64,000 nucleotides of DNA from Christensenella sp. UBA4263 (GTDB lineage: Bacteria > Bacillota > Clostridia > Christensenellales > Aristaeellaceae). Numbering within the stretch: position 1 is the first letter of the stretch; the number at the start of each line of letters is the position of its first letter. Under the pieces are notes generated by a model, which had not been told where the DNA came from, made no database searches, and saw only the letters and a program-made list of their open reading frames with translations. The position numbers were made by a program, and so were the translations under genes. Shown here piece after piece: positions 55,600 through 64,000 of this stretch. Where the stretch lies: positions 23,325 through 87,324 of the forward strand of contig DGWH01000092.1 of the NCBI GenBank assembly GCA_002395225.1, read 5' to 3'.

Positions 55600-56484
55600 A
55601 TGGTTGAGTCAAAACACTGGTCAAGCAGACTGTTTGTGATTGTCAATTACGCGGTCATGACATTTCTTTCCTTAAGCTGTCTGATTCCGCTGATCCATAT
55701 TTTCGCCATTTCGCTTTCCAGTTCCGCGGCCGCAACCGGCGGACTGGTTATTCTGTGGCCCGTGAATTTCACCCTCGAAAGCTACGCCTATGTCGCCAGA
55801 CGCGCCGCCTTCTGGCAGGCCATGTTCATCTCGGTGCTCAGAGTCTTTGTGGGCGTCGGCCTGAACATGCTGTTCTGCATCGTCTGTGCCTATCCGCTCA
55901 GCAAGGAAAAATCACAGTTTCGCATGCGGACATTCTATTCCTGGTATTTCTTCCTGACCATGCTCGTCTCCGGCGGCCTGATCCCGCTGTACATGGTTAT
56001 CCGGCAGACCGGCCTGATGGGCACCTTCTGGGCACTGGTCATTCCGGGTGCCGTGCCCGTTTATAACATCATTCTTCTTCTGAACTTCTTCCGCCAGACA
56101 CCAAAGGAACTGGAGGAGGCGGCCATCATCGACGGCGCCAGCCAGTGGCGGATCATGTGGCAGATTTATGTGCCGACCTCTACCGCGGCACTTGCCACCG
56201 TCGCCCTGTTGTCCACCGTCTATCACTGGAACGAATGGTTCAACGGTATTCTCTACATGAAAACCCCCGACCAGTATCCGCTCCAAAGCTACCTGAGAAC
56301 CATCGTGATTGACATGAAGCTGACCAATATGGGCGCCAACGACTGGCAGGCACTGGCCCTGGTATCAGACAAGACCGTTAAGTGTGCCCAGATCTTCCTC
56401 GCATCCCTGCCCATTCTGGTGGCCTATCCGTTCCTGCAGCGGTACTTTGTCAAGGGAATGGTCCTCGGCTCGGTGAAAGGCTGA
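55600..56484 (+). CDS. ABC transporter permease (LplC/sugar type)
   Basis: 294 aa with the EAA loop EEAAIIDGASQWRIMWQIYVP. Confidence 0.8.
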   Translation: MVESKHWSSRLFVIVNYAVMTFLSLSCLIPLIHIFAISLSSSAAATGGLVILWPVNFTLESYAYVARRAAFWQAMFISVLRVFVGVGLNMLFCIVCAYPLSKEKSQFRMRTFYSWYFFLTMLVSGGLIPLYMVIRQTGLMGTFWALVIPGAVPVYNIILLLNFFRQTPKELEEAAIIDGASQWRIMWQIYVPTSTAALATVALLSTVYHWNEWFNGILYMKTPDQYPLQSYLRTIVIDMKLTNMGANDWQALALVSDKTVKCAQIFLASLPILVAYPFLQRYFVKGMVLGSVKG

Positions 56485-56681
56485 CGGTTTTCTGCTTTAA
56501 AAACCGCTTTCATTCCGCTATACTGTACGCAGACTGACAAATCCCCGGCTAATGCCCGGCGCATCGCGGCCCGCTCAGCACGGACAGACCCGGCCGGGTC
56601 CCGGCTCCTGTCAGAGTGCTTAGATCGTTTGTCAGGAAATTCCGAAATCAACCTTTGACCCGTTGAAGCAAGGAGGCATCC

Positions 56682-58403
56682 GTGGACAGCAGGAATCGGA
56701 AACTCAGCCTGAAAAAGTCGGCATTTGTCCGTCTCATTATCATTACCTTTTTGGCGGTGCTGATCTTTTATATCATCGGACTGTCCATTAACAAAGCCGG
56801 CATGCAGAACATGAAAAAGGATCTGCAGGAACAGCTGGCGATGCGTACAGACTATGTTGCCAGCCAGATTGAACAGGAATTTACCCGGCTGAATTTCTTT
56901 ATGCTGGAACTGATGTCAAACAAGGATCTCCTGCGCTATACGATTTCCCACTCGTTTCTGGCCGACTATGAACGCCTGGTCTATATCCGGACGCTCTCCG
57001 ATCAGGAATACATGATCAAGCGTTCCTCGGATCTGGCAGACTCCGTTCAGATCATGTTTCCGGATCAGAAGAAGACCATTATCACGGACCAGGCGCTCTA
57101 TGCGGATCTGGATGAGCGGCTCTGGGGCGAACTGCTGGCGCGGGCAGAAAAGAACCGGGTCAGTTATACCATCTGGGAAGGGAGACTCTGGATGCTTTTG
57201 CCCCGATATGAGGGAGAACGGCCGATGTTCATGATCGCCATTTCCGTTTCTCAGGACAGTCTCACAAAAAAGCTGGACCAGCTCTGCGGCGGACAGACCG
57301 ACAGTCTTTTGCTCATGACCCCTGACAGGCAGGTACTTGCCCTAAGCGGAAATGACCAGCTGTTCGAGACGACGGAGGGCGACATCCTTTCAGAGCACTG
57401 GAAGGATACCCGCACGTTTCATGCCAGTACCCAGATTAATCTGCCGGATCTGATGCTTTTCAGTGCCTATCAGACCGATGACATGATGGCCCCGTTTGTC
57501 ACGTACCGGAACAACCTGTGGATCCTGACGGCTTTTGCATTCGGACTGTTATTGCTGTACATCGGTTATTACTGGTGGGCCATTATGCGGCCGATCAACG
57601 ATCTCCTGGACTCGATGCGCAAGGCCGGGGAGAACGGCAGTTTCCACATCGAAACAGACCGGAAGTCCGAATATGATGACATTTACCTCCAGTATAATGA
57701 AATGGTCCGACATGTCCATAAACTGGCCGAACAGGTCTATGAGGAACGGTACCGTGCACAGAAAGCCGAGCTCAAGCAGCTTCAGGTTCAGATTGATCCT
57801 CATTTTCTGTACAACACGCTCTACCTGATTTACCGCATTGCCAGATCGGAAGGAAATGCCGCTATTGCCAGTCTCAGCCTGAACCTCAGCAACTACTACC
57901 GGTATATCACCAAAATGCCGGAGCAGATTGTCGCGCTCAGGGATGAAATCCGTCATGTGATGAATTATCTGGAAATTCAGAAGATCCGGTTTGCGCCCCG
58001 GATCAGCATTGAAGCTCAGGAACTTCCGGACGAAATTGCCGATGAACGCATTCCATCCCTGATCATTCAGCCGATTGTCGAAAACGCCTTTCAGCACGGC
58101 GTCAAAGACTGCGTCAAAGACGGACTGGTAACCCTGCGCTATGAGGTCGATTCGTCCTGGTTCAGTGTGATTGTCTCTGACAACAGTGGAAAAATGACCG
58201 ATGAAAAGGTCGCCGCTCTGTGGGCAGCCATTCAGCAGGGAGAAGTGCAGGAATCCAATGCCCTGCGAAACCTTTACAGACGCATGCAGCTCTATGAATC
58301 CAGCGGGCATGAGCTTGTGCTGAAATGTGTCAACGGCGGCCTTACGGCTGTACTGACTTTCCGGAGGCGGGAAAAAAATGCCAGTATTACTGATCGTAGA
58401 TGA
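56682..58403 (+). CDS. Sensor histidine kinase, YesM/LytS-type
   Basis: GTG start after AAGGAGG. It has two TM segments flanking a sensor domain, the H-box QIDPHFLYNTL and an HATPase region. Confidence 0.8.
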   Translation: MDSRNRKLSLKKSAFVRLIIITFLAVLIFYIIGLSINKAGMQNMKKDLQEQLAMRTDYVASQIEQEFTRLNFFMLELMSNKDLLRYTISHSFLADYERLVYIRTLSDQEYMIKRSSDLADSVQIMFPDQKKTIITDQALYADLDERLWGELLARAEKNRVSYTIWEGRLWMLLPRYEGERPMFMIAISVSQDSLTKKLDQLCGGQTDSLLLMTPDRQVLALSGNDQLFETTEGDILSEHWKDTRTFHASTQINLPDLMLFSAYQTDDMMAPFVTYRNNLWILTAFAFGLLLLYIGYYWWAIMRPINDLLDSMRKAGENGSFHIETDRKSEYDDIYLQYNEMVRHVHKLAEQVYEERYRAQKAELKQLQVQIDPHFLYNTLYLIYRIARSEGNAAIASLSLNLSNYYRYITKMPEQIVALRDEIRHVMNYLEIQKIRFAPRISIEAQELPDEIADERIPSLIIQPIVENAFQHGVKDCVKDGLVTLRYEVDSSWFSVIVSDNSGKMTDEKVAALWAAIQQGEVQESNALRNLYRRMQLYESSGHELVLKCVNGGLTAVLTFRRREKNASITDRR

Positions 58404-59136
58404 TGAAATGATTATTGCAGACGGACTGCACGAAATGCTTGAACAGGCGTTTGCCGGCCGTCTTCAGGTGCTCTGCTGCTACTCCGCCGCAGAAGCGCTT
58501 GAAATTGCCCGTCAGTTCTGTATCGATCTGCTCCTGACCGACATCAATATGCCGGATACCAGCGGACTTGAGCTGCACAACAAAATTCTTGAACCATGGC
58601 CGCAGTGCCGCGTTATTTATCTGACGGGGTATTCGGATTTTGAGTATGCACGGACCGCGCTGGATCAGCATGCCTTTGCCTATGTCCTCAAAGGGGAAGG
58701 GGATGACTGCCTGATCAGCACCATTGAACGGGCAATGGCGGAGCTCCCGGAAAAAAAGCAGGACAATGCCACCGCAGCTGCCCCGGATGCCGGCGAAAAC
58801 ATGCCCGAATGGATTCAGGATCTGCATACCTATATTCACGAACATCTGAACAGCGATCTCTCGCTGAACACACTGGCCAATTTCTGCCATTTTCATCCGG
58901 TCTATCTGTCGCACATTTATAAGGAAACAACAGGGATCAACCTCAGCGATACCATCAACCAGGCACGCATTCAGGCGGCAGAGACCCTCCTCAAAAACGG
59001 CCACATGACCGTCCTTGAGATCTCAAGGACAATGGGCTTTGCAACAGACAATTATTTCTGCCGCTGGTTCCGCAAGCAGACCGGAATGTCGCCGCATTCC
59101 TATCGGAAACAGCAGATCCGAAAAGGACAGGAGTAA
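58378..59136 (+). CDS. Response regulator, REC + AraC-type HTH (YesN-like)
   Basis: VLLIVDDE...DLLLTDINMPDTSG receiver and a C-terminal AraC HTH. It overlaps the kinase gene by 26 nt. Confidence 0.85.
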   Translation: MPVLLIVDDEMIIADGLHEMLEQAFAGRLQVLCCYSAAEALEIARQFCIDLLLTDINMPDTSGLELHNKILEPWPQCRVIYLTGYSDFEYARTALDQHAFAYVLKGEGDDCLISTIERAMAELPEKKQDNATAAAPDAGENMPEWIQDLHTYIHEHLNSDLSLNTLANFCHFHPVYLSHIYKETTGINLSDTINQARIQAAETLLKNGHMTVLEISRTMGFATDNYFCRWFRKQTGMSPHSYRKQQIRKGQE

Positions 59137-59144
59137 ACGTGTTT

Positions 59145-59177
59145 AAAACGGAAGCAGATGCTTCCGTTTTTTGTTTT
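59145..59177 (+). terminator. Terminator of the two-component operon
   Basis: AAAACGGAAGC-agat-GCTTCCGTTTT followed by TTGTTTT. Confidence 0.8.
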
Positions 59178-59451
59178 GCCTGAGGGCACCGTCAAAAACG
59201 AGTCAGGCACCGGGAAAAGACAATGGGGGGAATATCCCGCAGAAGATCCATGTTTGTCCCGGCCGCATTCCAACATTTTTACCGAAATCATCCGTGTTTG
59301 ATTGCGCTTTCAGGAAAAATAAGGTAGAATATCCCATTGTTTGATGATTCTGACCCGGTTGAGCAGGTTCTTTTCCCGGACAAACCGGCGCTGAATTCAT
59401 CGGCCGGTTCTCTCAGTTCCGGTGAAAATGATCTACGAGGAGGCCGCTTCT

Positions 59452-60408
59452 TTGAAACGTAGTCGGTTTTTTCTGCTTCTTTTACTCTGTCTTTTGCCTG
59501 TCCTGTGTCTGGCGGAATATGCACCGCTTCCTTTTGACAGCAGTCCCGGACTCCCGGGCATTCCGGATGCCTTTTTGCCGGACTATGCCGGATATGAGGA
59601 TGAGACCCTGAGCATCCGCATCGAGACAACCAGGGCTTACGATACCACCATTCAGCTGGTCTATGTGAAGATTTCAGATCCTTCCCAGATGCGGACGGCC
59701 ATGGCTGACCGGTACGGGACGACAAGACTTGCCTATCCCGAAGTGCTGGCCGAGCGTAACAATGCCGTTCTGGCGGTCAACGGGGACTTCTTCAATATCA
59801 ACAATCGCGGCTATCTGGTTCGCCAGGGGGAAACTTACCGGACCAAGGCCGATCCCCAGCTGGATATCCTGATCATTGATGATAAGGGAGACTTTCATAT
59901 TCTTCGTGACCCGACCAATGAAATGGTTGAGGCATTCGACGGAAAGATCATCAACAGCTTCAACTTCGGCCCGGCCCTGATCATGGACGGGGAGGAGATA
60001 CTGCCCCCGAAACGGGTTGATGCCGGAACCTTCCGAAAAGCACAGCGCATGGTTGCCTGCCAGCTGGGGCCCCTTTCCTATCTGTTTGTGGCAACAGAAG
60101 GTCCGGAAAACAAAGGGTCCGAGGGACTTACCCTTGAGGAGATGATCCATTTTCTGCACGAGCTTGAGGTTCCTCTTGCCTATAACCTGGACGGCGGTTC
60201 CTCCTCCAGTGTGGTCCTTGGCGGGACAAAAATTAACGGCATGTCCAATAAAAAGAAACGGACGCTGTGTGATATTCTCTATTTTTCCACATTGATTCCT
60301 GAATCCGAATGGGACGACGCCAAACCGGTCTGGAAAGACCAGCTGCCGGAACTCGGGAAAAAGGAGAATTCCGGGGAAAGTGAACGCGCTGAGATTCCGC
60401 TGAAATAA
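59452..60408 (+). CDS. Secreted phosphodiester glycosidase-family protein (copy 2)
   Basis: LAVNGDFF, NSFNFGPALIMDGE, RMVACQ and AYNLDGGSSS motifs. The TTG at 59452 lies 8 nt after GAGGAGG and gives the signal peptide KRSRFFLLLLLCLLPVLCLA. The listed ORF starts at GTG 59422. Confidence 0.7.
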   Translation: MKRSRFFLLLLLCLLPVLCLAEYAPLPFDSSPGLPGIPDAFLPDYAGYEDETLSIRIETTRAYDTTIQLVYVKISDPSQMRTAMADRYGTTRLAYPEVLAERNNAVLAVNGDFFNINNRGYLVRQGETYRTKADPQLDILIIDDKGDFHILRDPTNEMVEAFDGKIINSFNFGPALIMDGEEILPPKRVDAGTFRKAQRMVACQLGPLSYLFVATEGPENKGSEGLTLEEMIHFLHELEVPLAYNLDGGSSSSVVLGGTKINGMSNKKKRTLCDILYFSTLIPESEWDDAKPVWKDQLPELGKKENSGESERAEIPLK

Positions 60409-60419
60409 GAGGTAAAACG

Positions 60420-61292
60420 ATGAGAAGATTAATTCCGGTTCTGTTCCTGCTGCTGTTTCTGTTTAGTACCGGTTCAGCAGAATCATTTACCGCGTTTGGC
60501 ATGGATATTGACAGGAATCAGACGGTTCTTGACTTTGGCAAGCAGAATATCACGGATTTTGATGAACTGATCCGTGTTCTGTCCGGGATGCCCAATCTGA
60601 CCGAGGTGTCCATGTACGGAACGAAAATGGAAGAAGACAGGATGGAGCAGCTGACGCAGATGTTCCCATCCATCCATTTCGGCTGGACCATGCGTGTGGC
60701 CAAATATCGGGTGAGAACAGACGTAACCGCCTTTTCCACCCTTCGCCAGCCGGATGAAAAACCGCGGTACAATGCCGCCAAATATGCACCGCTTCGTTTC
60801 TGCTGGCAGATCAAGGGACTGGACCTCGGACACAACAGCATTGAGGACCTTTCCTTTCTCACCACCATGACGGGCCTTCATTATCTGATCCTGGCGGACA
60901 ATAAAATCACCGATCTAACGCCGCTTGAGCCGCTTCAGGAACTCGAATATGTGGAACTGTTCATGAACGACATCACGGATATTACGCCGCTGACCAAACT
61001 TCCCAGACTGATTGACCTGAACCTCAGCCGCACCCGGATAGAGGACCTGACCCCGCTGTATGAAATGAAGCAGCTGAAGCGGCTGTGGATTTCCCGGGTT
61101 GGAAAGGGCATTTCGGAGGAAGAGAAAGCCGCTCTTCAGGCTGCGCTTCCGAATACCGAAATTCACTTTACCGCCAATTGTACGGCAGAAGGCTGGCGGA
61201 AACATGAACGGTTTCAGAAAGTCAAGAATTCTTTCCGTCTGAATCTTGGACAGGTTTTTATTCCCTGGACAGATGAGGACCGTGCACTTTAA
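60420..61292 (+). CDS. Secreted leucine-rich-repeat protein (copy 2)
   Basis: It is a full-length paralog of 39440..40297. Shared strings are MPNL, FGWT, TAFSTL, LDLGHNSIEDLSFL and IEDLTPL. Confidence 0.8.
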   Translation: MRRLIPVLFLLLFLFSTGSAESFTAFGMDIDRNQTVLDFGKQNITDFDELIRVLSGMPNLTEVSMYGTKMEEDRMEQLTQMFPSIHFGWTMRVAKYRVRTDVTAFSTLRQPDEKPRYNAAKYAPLRFCWQIKGLDLGHNSIEDLSFLTTMTGLHYLILADNKITDLTPLEPLQELEYVELFMNDITDITPLTKLPRLIDLNLSRTRIEDLTPLYEMKQLKRLWISRVGKGISEEEKAALQAALPNTEIHFTANCTAEGWRKHERFQKVKNSFRLNLGQVFIPWTDEDRAL

Positions 61293-61316
61293 AAACGGAT
61301 AGGAAGGGACAATGAT

Positions 61317-61769
61317 ATGATCTCTACCAAGGGCAGATATGCCCTGGTCATGATGGTCGATCTTGCCGAGCAGGAAGGCGAGCTGCCGGTCAGTATTCGT
61401 GAGATTTCTGAACGGCAGGGTATTTCACTCAAATATCTGGAGCAGATCGTCAGCATACTGACCAGGGCAGGACTGGTAACCAGCACGCGCGGTGCGAATG
61501 GCGGTTATCGGATTGCCATGCCTGCAGACCAGATTACCGTCGGAATGATTCTGCGCGCAACAGAAGGGGATATGGTGCCGGCTGAGTGCGTTTACTCGGA
61601 AACCGGCTGTGAGCGAAACGGTGCCTGTCCATCTCAGCTTCTGTTCCGGCGTGTCTATTCCGCAATCAATGAGGTCATCGACCACGTGACGCTTAAGAGC
61701 CTGGTCGATGAAGAGCAAAACGGATCTTGTCGCAAACTCCGGGAAAATGCTTCCCGGTCAGTCACTTGA
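61317..61769 (+). CDS. Rrf2-family transcriptional regulator
   Basis: MISTKGRYALVMMVDLA...ISLKYLEQIVSILTRAGLV winged helix. Cys residues (ECVYSETGCERNGAC) are compatible with an Fe-S-binding type. Confidence 0.85.
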   Translation: MISTKGRYALVMMVDLAEQEGELPVSIREISERQGISLKYLEQIVSILTRAGLVTSTRGANGGYRIAMPADQITVGMILRATEGDMVPAECVYSETGCERNGACPSQLLFRRVYSAINEVIDHVTLKSLVDEEQNGSCRKLRENASRSVT

Positions 61770-61800
61770 ACTTTTTACAGGAGAAGAGGAGGATTCGCAT

Positions 61801-62778
61801 ATGGAAAATGTCCGTCCTGAGAGCATGGCGCGCATTACGACGCCGGAACTGGCCAATGCCTTTATTGAGCAGGCAATTAAGGAACTGCGGGACCAGATAG
61901 GGGACCAGAAAGTTCTGCTGGCTCTCTCCGGTGGTGTTGACTCATCTGTTGTGGCCAAACTGCTCATCCGAGCGGTCGGCCAGCAGCTTGTCTGCATCCA
62001 TGTTAATCATGGCCTGATGCGCAAAGGGGAAAGCGAGCAGGTTGTTGAGGTATTCCGTGAAAATCTGGGCTCCAATCTGATCTTCATCGATGCCACAGAG
62101 CGTTTTCTCACCAAACTGGAAGGTGTATCCGATCCCGAAAAGAAGCGGAAAATCATCGGCGGTGAATTCATCGAGGTATTTGCCGAGGAAGCTGCCAAGC
62201 TTAAGGGAATTGCCTATCTGGCTCAGGGAACCATTTATCCCGATATCACCGAGAGCAAGGGCATCAAGTCGCATCACAATGTAGGCGGTCTCCCGGATTC
62301 CTTCCATTTTGAGCTGGTCGAGCCGATCCGTCTTCTTTACAAGGATGAGGTCCGTATGGTTGGCCGGGCACTGGGACTGCCGGAGGAAATGGTCAGCCGT
62401 CAGCCGTTCCCGGGTCCGGGACTGGGCGTCCGTTGCGTCGGTGCCATTACCCGTGATCGTCTTGAAGCGGTTCGGGAATCCGATGCCATCCTGCGCGAAG
62501 AATTTGCCAAAGCCGGTCTTGCCGGAAAAGTATGGCAGTATTTTACGATTGTCCCCGATTTCCGTTCTACGGGTATCAAGGACGGGAAGCGTTCCTTTGA
62601 ATGGCCGGTCATTATCCGTGCGGTCAATACCCAGGATGCCGTCACCGCAACCATCGAGGAACTCGACTGGAAGATCCTTGCACACATTACAGAGCGCATT
62701 ACCCATGAGGTGGCCGGTGTCAATCGTGTCCTGTATGATCTGACGCCGAAGCCTACCGGCACGATCGAGTGGGAATAA
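61801..62778 (+). CDS. guaA: GMP synthase ATP-pyrophosphatase + dimerisation domains only (no glutamine amidotransferase domain)
   Basis: PP-loop LALSGGVDSSV, plus GTIYPDITES, KSHHNVGGLP, FPGPGLGVR and a C-terminal PTGTIEWE. The ATG at 61801 follows GAGGAGG. Only 325 aa. Confidence 0.85.
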   Translation: MENVRPESMARITTPELANAFIEQAIKELRDQIGDQKVLLALSGGVDSSVVAKLLIRAVGQQLVCIHVNHGLMRKGESEQVVEVFRENLGSNLIFIDATERFLTKLEGVSDPEKKRKIIGGEFIEVFAEEAAKLKGIAYLAQGTIYPDITESKGIKSHHNVGGLPDSFHFELVEPIRLLYKDEVRMVGRALGLPEEMVSRQPFPGPGLGVRCVGAITRDRLEAVRESDAILREEFAKAGLAGKVWQYFTIVPDFRSTGIKDGKRSFEWPVIIRAVNTQDAVTATIEELDWKILAHITERITHEVAGVNRVLYDLTPKPTGTIEWE

Positions 62779-62870
62779 AGGCTGAAATCCTGAAACTCGC
62801 GTAAAATAAGGGCTTCCGGGCGGTCAAAGTCCCGCGTGGCAACAATTTGGCAACAAAAGTCCATCGTTTC

Positions 62871-62919
62871 TAGGAATAGGGCTAACTGATTTTATGAAAG
62901 TCAGTTAGCCCTATTCCTA
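62871..62919. repeat. Perfect 19-bp inverted repeat with 11-nt loop
   Basis: TAGGAATAGGGCTAACTGA-ttttatgaaag-TCAGTTAGCCCTATTCCTA, followed by an AT-rich spacer. Confidence 0.8.
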
Positions 62920-63010
62920 TGCTTTTCGGAAGGATTAGACAAAAGAATATATATATGATATGATTCTGAAGTCAGTTTTCATAGTGAATGAAAAGAGGAG
63001 GTGGAAACTG

Positions 63011-63082
63011 ATGCTTCTCGCCATTGTGCCGGCTCCATGCAGGGTCTGAGGAATCTGTATGGAGGAATAACGAATTCCTCAG
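63011..63082 (+). promoter_or_regulatory. Candidate 12-codon leader ORF plus hairpin upstream of the MFS gene
   Basis: GAGGAGG, 9 nt, then an ATG at 63011 encoding MLLAIVPAPCRV with its stop at 63047-63049. The hairpin CTGAGGAAT/ATTCCTCAG (63046-63082) starts at the stop codon. Confidence 0.35.
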
Positions 63083-63123
63083 GCTTTGCTCACTCATCAA
63101 TATAACGATAAGGAGCAAAGACA

Positions 63124-64000
63124 ATGAAAAACAAACCAAACCCGTTGAGGGATTTCTATATCCTTTGGAGCACGCAAAGCTTGTCCCATCTGGGAAGTTC
63201 AATCACCAGCTTTGCGCTGACACTTTGGCTGTATGAGAAAACCGGATCAGCCCTTGGCACCGCGGCGCTGACGATCTGCACCTATGCGCCCTATGTGATC
63301 ATGAGTATTTTTGCCGGAGCGATCACGGACCGCTTCGACAAAAAGAAGACCATGCTGGTGTGTGACGCCTTGGCGGCGCTTACCACGGTGCTGGTATTTG
63401 TGCTGTATCGGACAAACGCGCTTTCCGGATGGCATCTGTACGGAATAAATGCATTTTCAGGGCTGATGAATACAGTTCAGCAGCCAGCTTCTGAGGTAAC
63501 CTACACGCTGGTTATCCCAAGAAAGTATGACCAGAAAACGAGCGGCTTACAATCGTTGTCCCGATCCCTGATATCAATCGGTAATCCGCTGATCGCCTCC
63601 GCGCTTTACGGCTTCGGCGGGCTGAATGCGGTCATCGCCATCGATTTGATCACCTTCGCTATTGCCTCTCTGTCGCTGCTGTGCATGATTCAGCTTCCAA
63701 AGACCCAATCGGACACGACGGCTGAGAAAAATGTGCTCCGTCTGGCAAAGGAGGGCCTGCAGTTTTTAAGAAAGAATCCCCTAATACTGTATGTCATTCT
63801 GTTTATGTCAGGCGTCAATTTGATCGCGTCTGCATTTGATGCCGTGCTCCCCGCATTGGTCATACCCCGGAGCGGAAACGGCACGCTGGGAATCGTGACG
63901 TCTTGCTCAGGGGTCGCTATGGTTCTTGGAAGCGTGATCGTGTCCACAATGCCCAAACCCAAAAACAGGGTCCGGGTGATTTATCTGACAATGTTGTTTT
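63124..64000 (+). CDS. MFS transporter (3' end beyond the window)
   Basis: It is not in the ORF track because no stop is reached. Hand translation from the ATG at 63124 (after AAGGAG) gives an uninterrupted MKNKPNPLRDFYILWSTQSLSHLGSSITSFALTLWLY...AGAITDRFDKKK with repeated TM segments. Confidence 0.75.
   Translation, partial: MKNKPNPLRDFYILWSTQSLSHLGSSITSFALTLWLYEKTGSALGTAALTICTYAPYVIMSIFAGAITDRFDKKKTMLVCDALAALTTVLVFVLYRTNALSGWHLYGINAFSGLMNTVQQPASEVTYTLVIPRKYDQKTSGLQSLSRSLISIGNPLIASALYGFGGLNAVIAIDLITFAIASLSLLCMIQLPKTQSDTTAEKNVLRLAKEGLQFLRKNPLILYVILFMSGVNLIASAFDAVLPALVIPRSGNGTLGIVTSCSGVAMVLGSVIVSTMPKPKNRVRVIYLTMLF

Noticed and set aside
50592-59136. The GH36 / LplABC-type transporter / YesMN two-component locus considered as something unusual.
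   Set aside because: This is the standard architecture for Firmicute oligosaccharide-utilisation loci. The only mild oddity is that no ATPase gene is present, which is usual for transporters energised by a shared MsmK-type ATPase.

Overview
This is a 64-kb chromosomal window from a fairly GC-rich (roughly 55-58% by eye) Bacillota/Clostridia-like genome, and most genes are on the + strand. The gene content, in order:

- **Start of window:** the distal part of an rnf operon (rnfG-E-A-B), a NifS-type cysteine desulfurase, hflX, two tandem VanY-type DD-carboxypeptidases, galE and purB.
- **Housekeeping block:** the phoH-pgpH-ybeY-era operon, a two-gene BcrAD/BadFG 'activase' system, recR-ybaB, an AI-2E transporter, a beta-lactamase-like hydrolase and an XpaC-like protein.
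- **Low-GC insert and SOS-like module:** an AT-rich frameshifted ATPase/PD-(D/E)xK gene, a CCA/poly(A)-polymerase-family HD protein, and a small membrane protein encoded divergently from an XRE-HTH/S24 repressor.
- **Envelope genes:** a 4-gene amino-sugar cluster, recX, lgt, a secreted metallophosphoesterase, and two copies of a secreted LRR protein + phosphodiester-glycosidase pair.
- **Middle of window:** rlmA, an FRG-domain protein, tRNA-Tyr and tRNA-Leu, a REC-GGDEF-REC-HD-GYP protein and glgB.
- **End of window:** a GH36 / LplABC-type ABC transporter / YesMN-type sugar-utilisation locus, an Rrf2 regulator, a stand-alone GMP-synthase ATP-pyrophosphatase subunit, and the 5' part of an MFS transporter.

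No CRISPR array, transposase, integrase or rRNA gene was seen.

The most unusual points are:
1. The RnfG-position gene encodes at least 8 tandem FMN_bind (flavinylation) domains, four of them carried on near-identical 381-bp DNA repeats.
2. A modular ~90-nt structured repeat family sits in 5' leaders and supplies the downstream Shine-Dalgarno sequence.
3. An SOS-like divergent pair (S24 repressor and small TM protein) has twin TTCTTC-N5-GAAGAA palindromes built into its promoter.
4. Several unusual domain fusions or splits occur: JAB-HflX, YbeY-Cdd, GuaA without its glutaminase domain, and a split giant activase.

All functional calls rest on motif recognition by eye. No database search was run.
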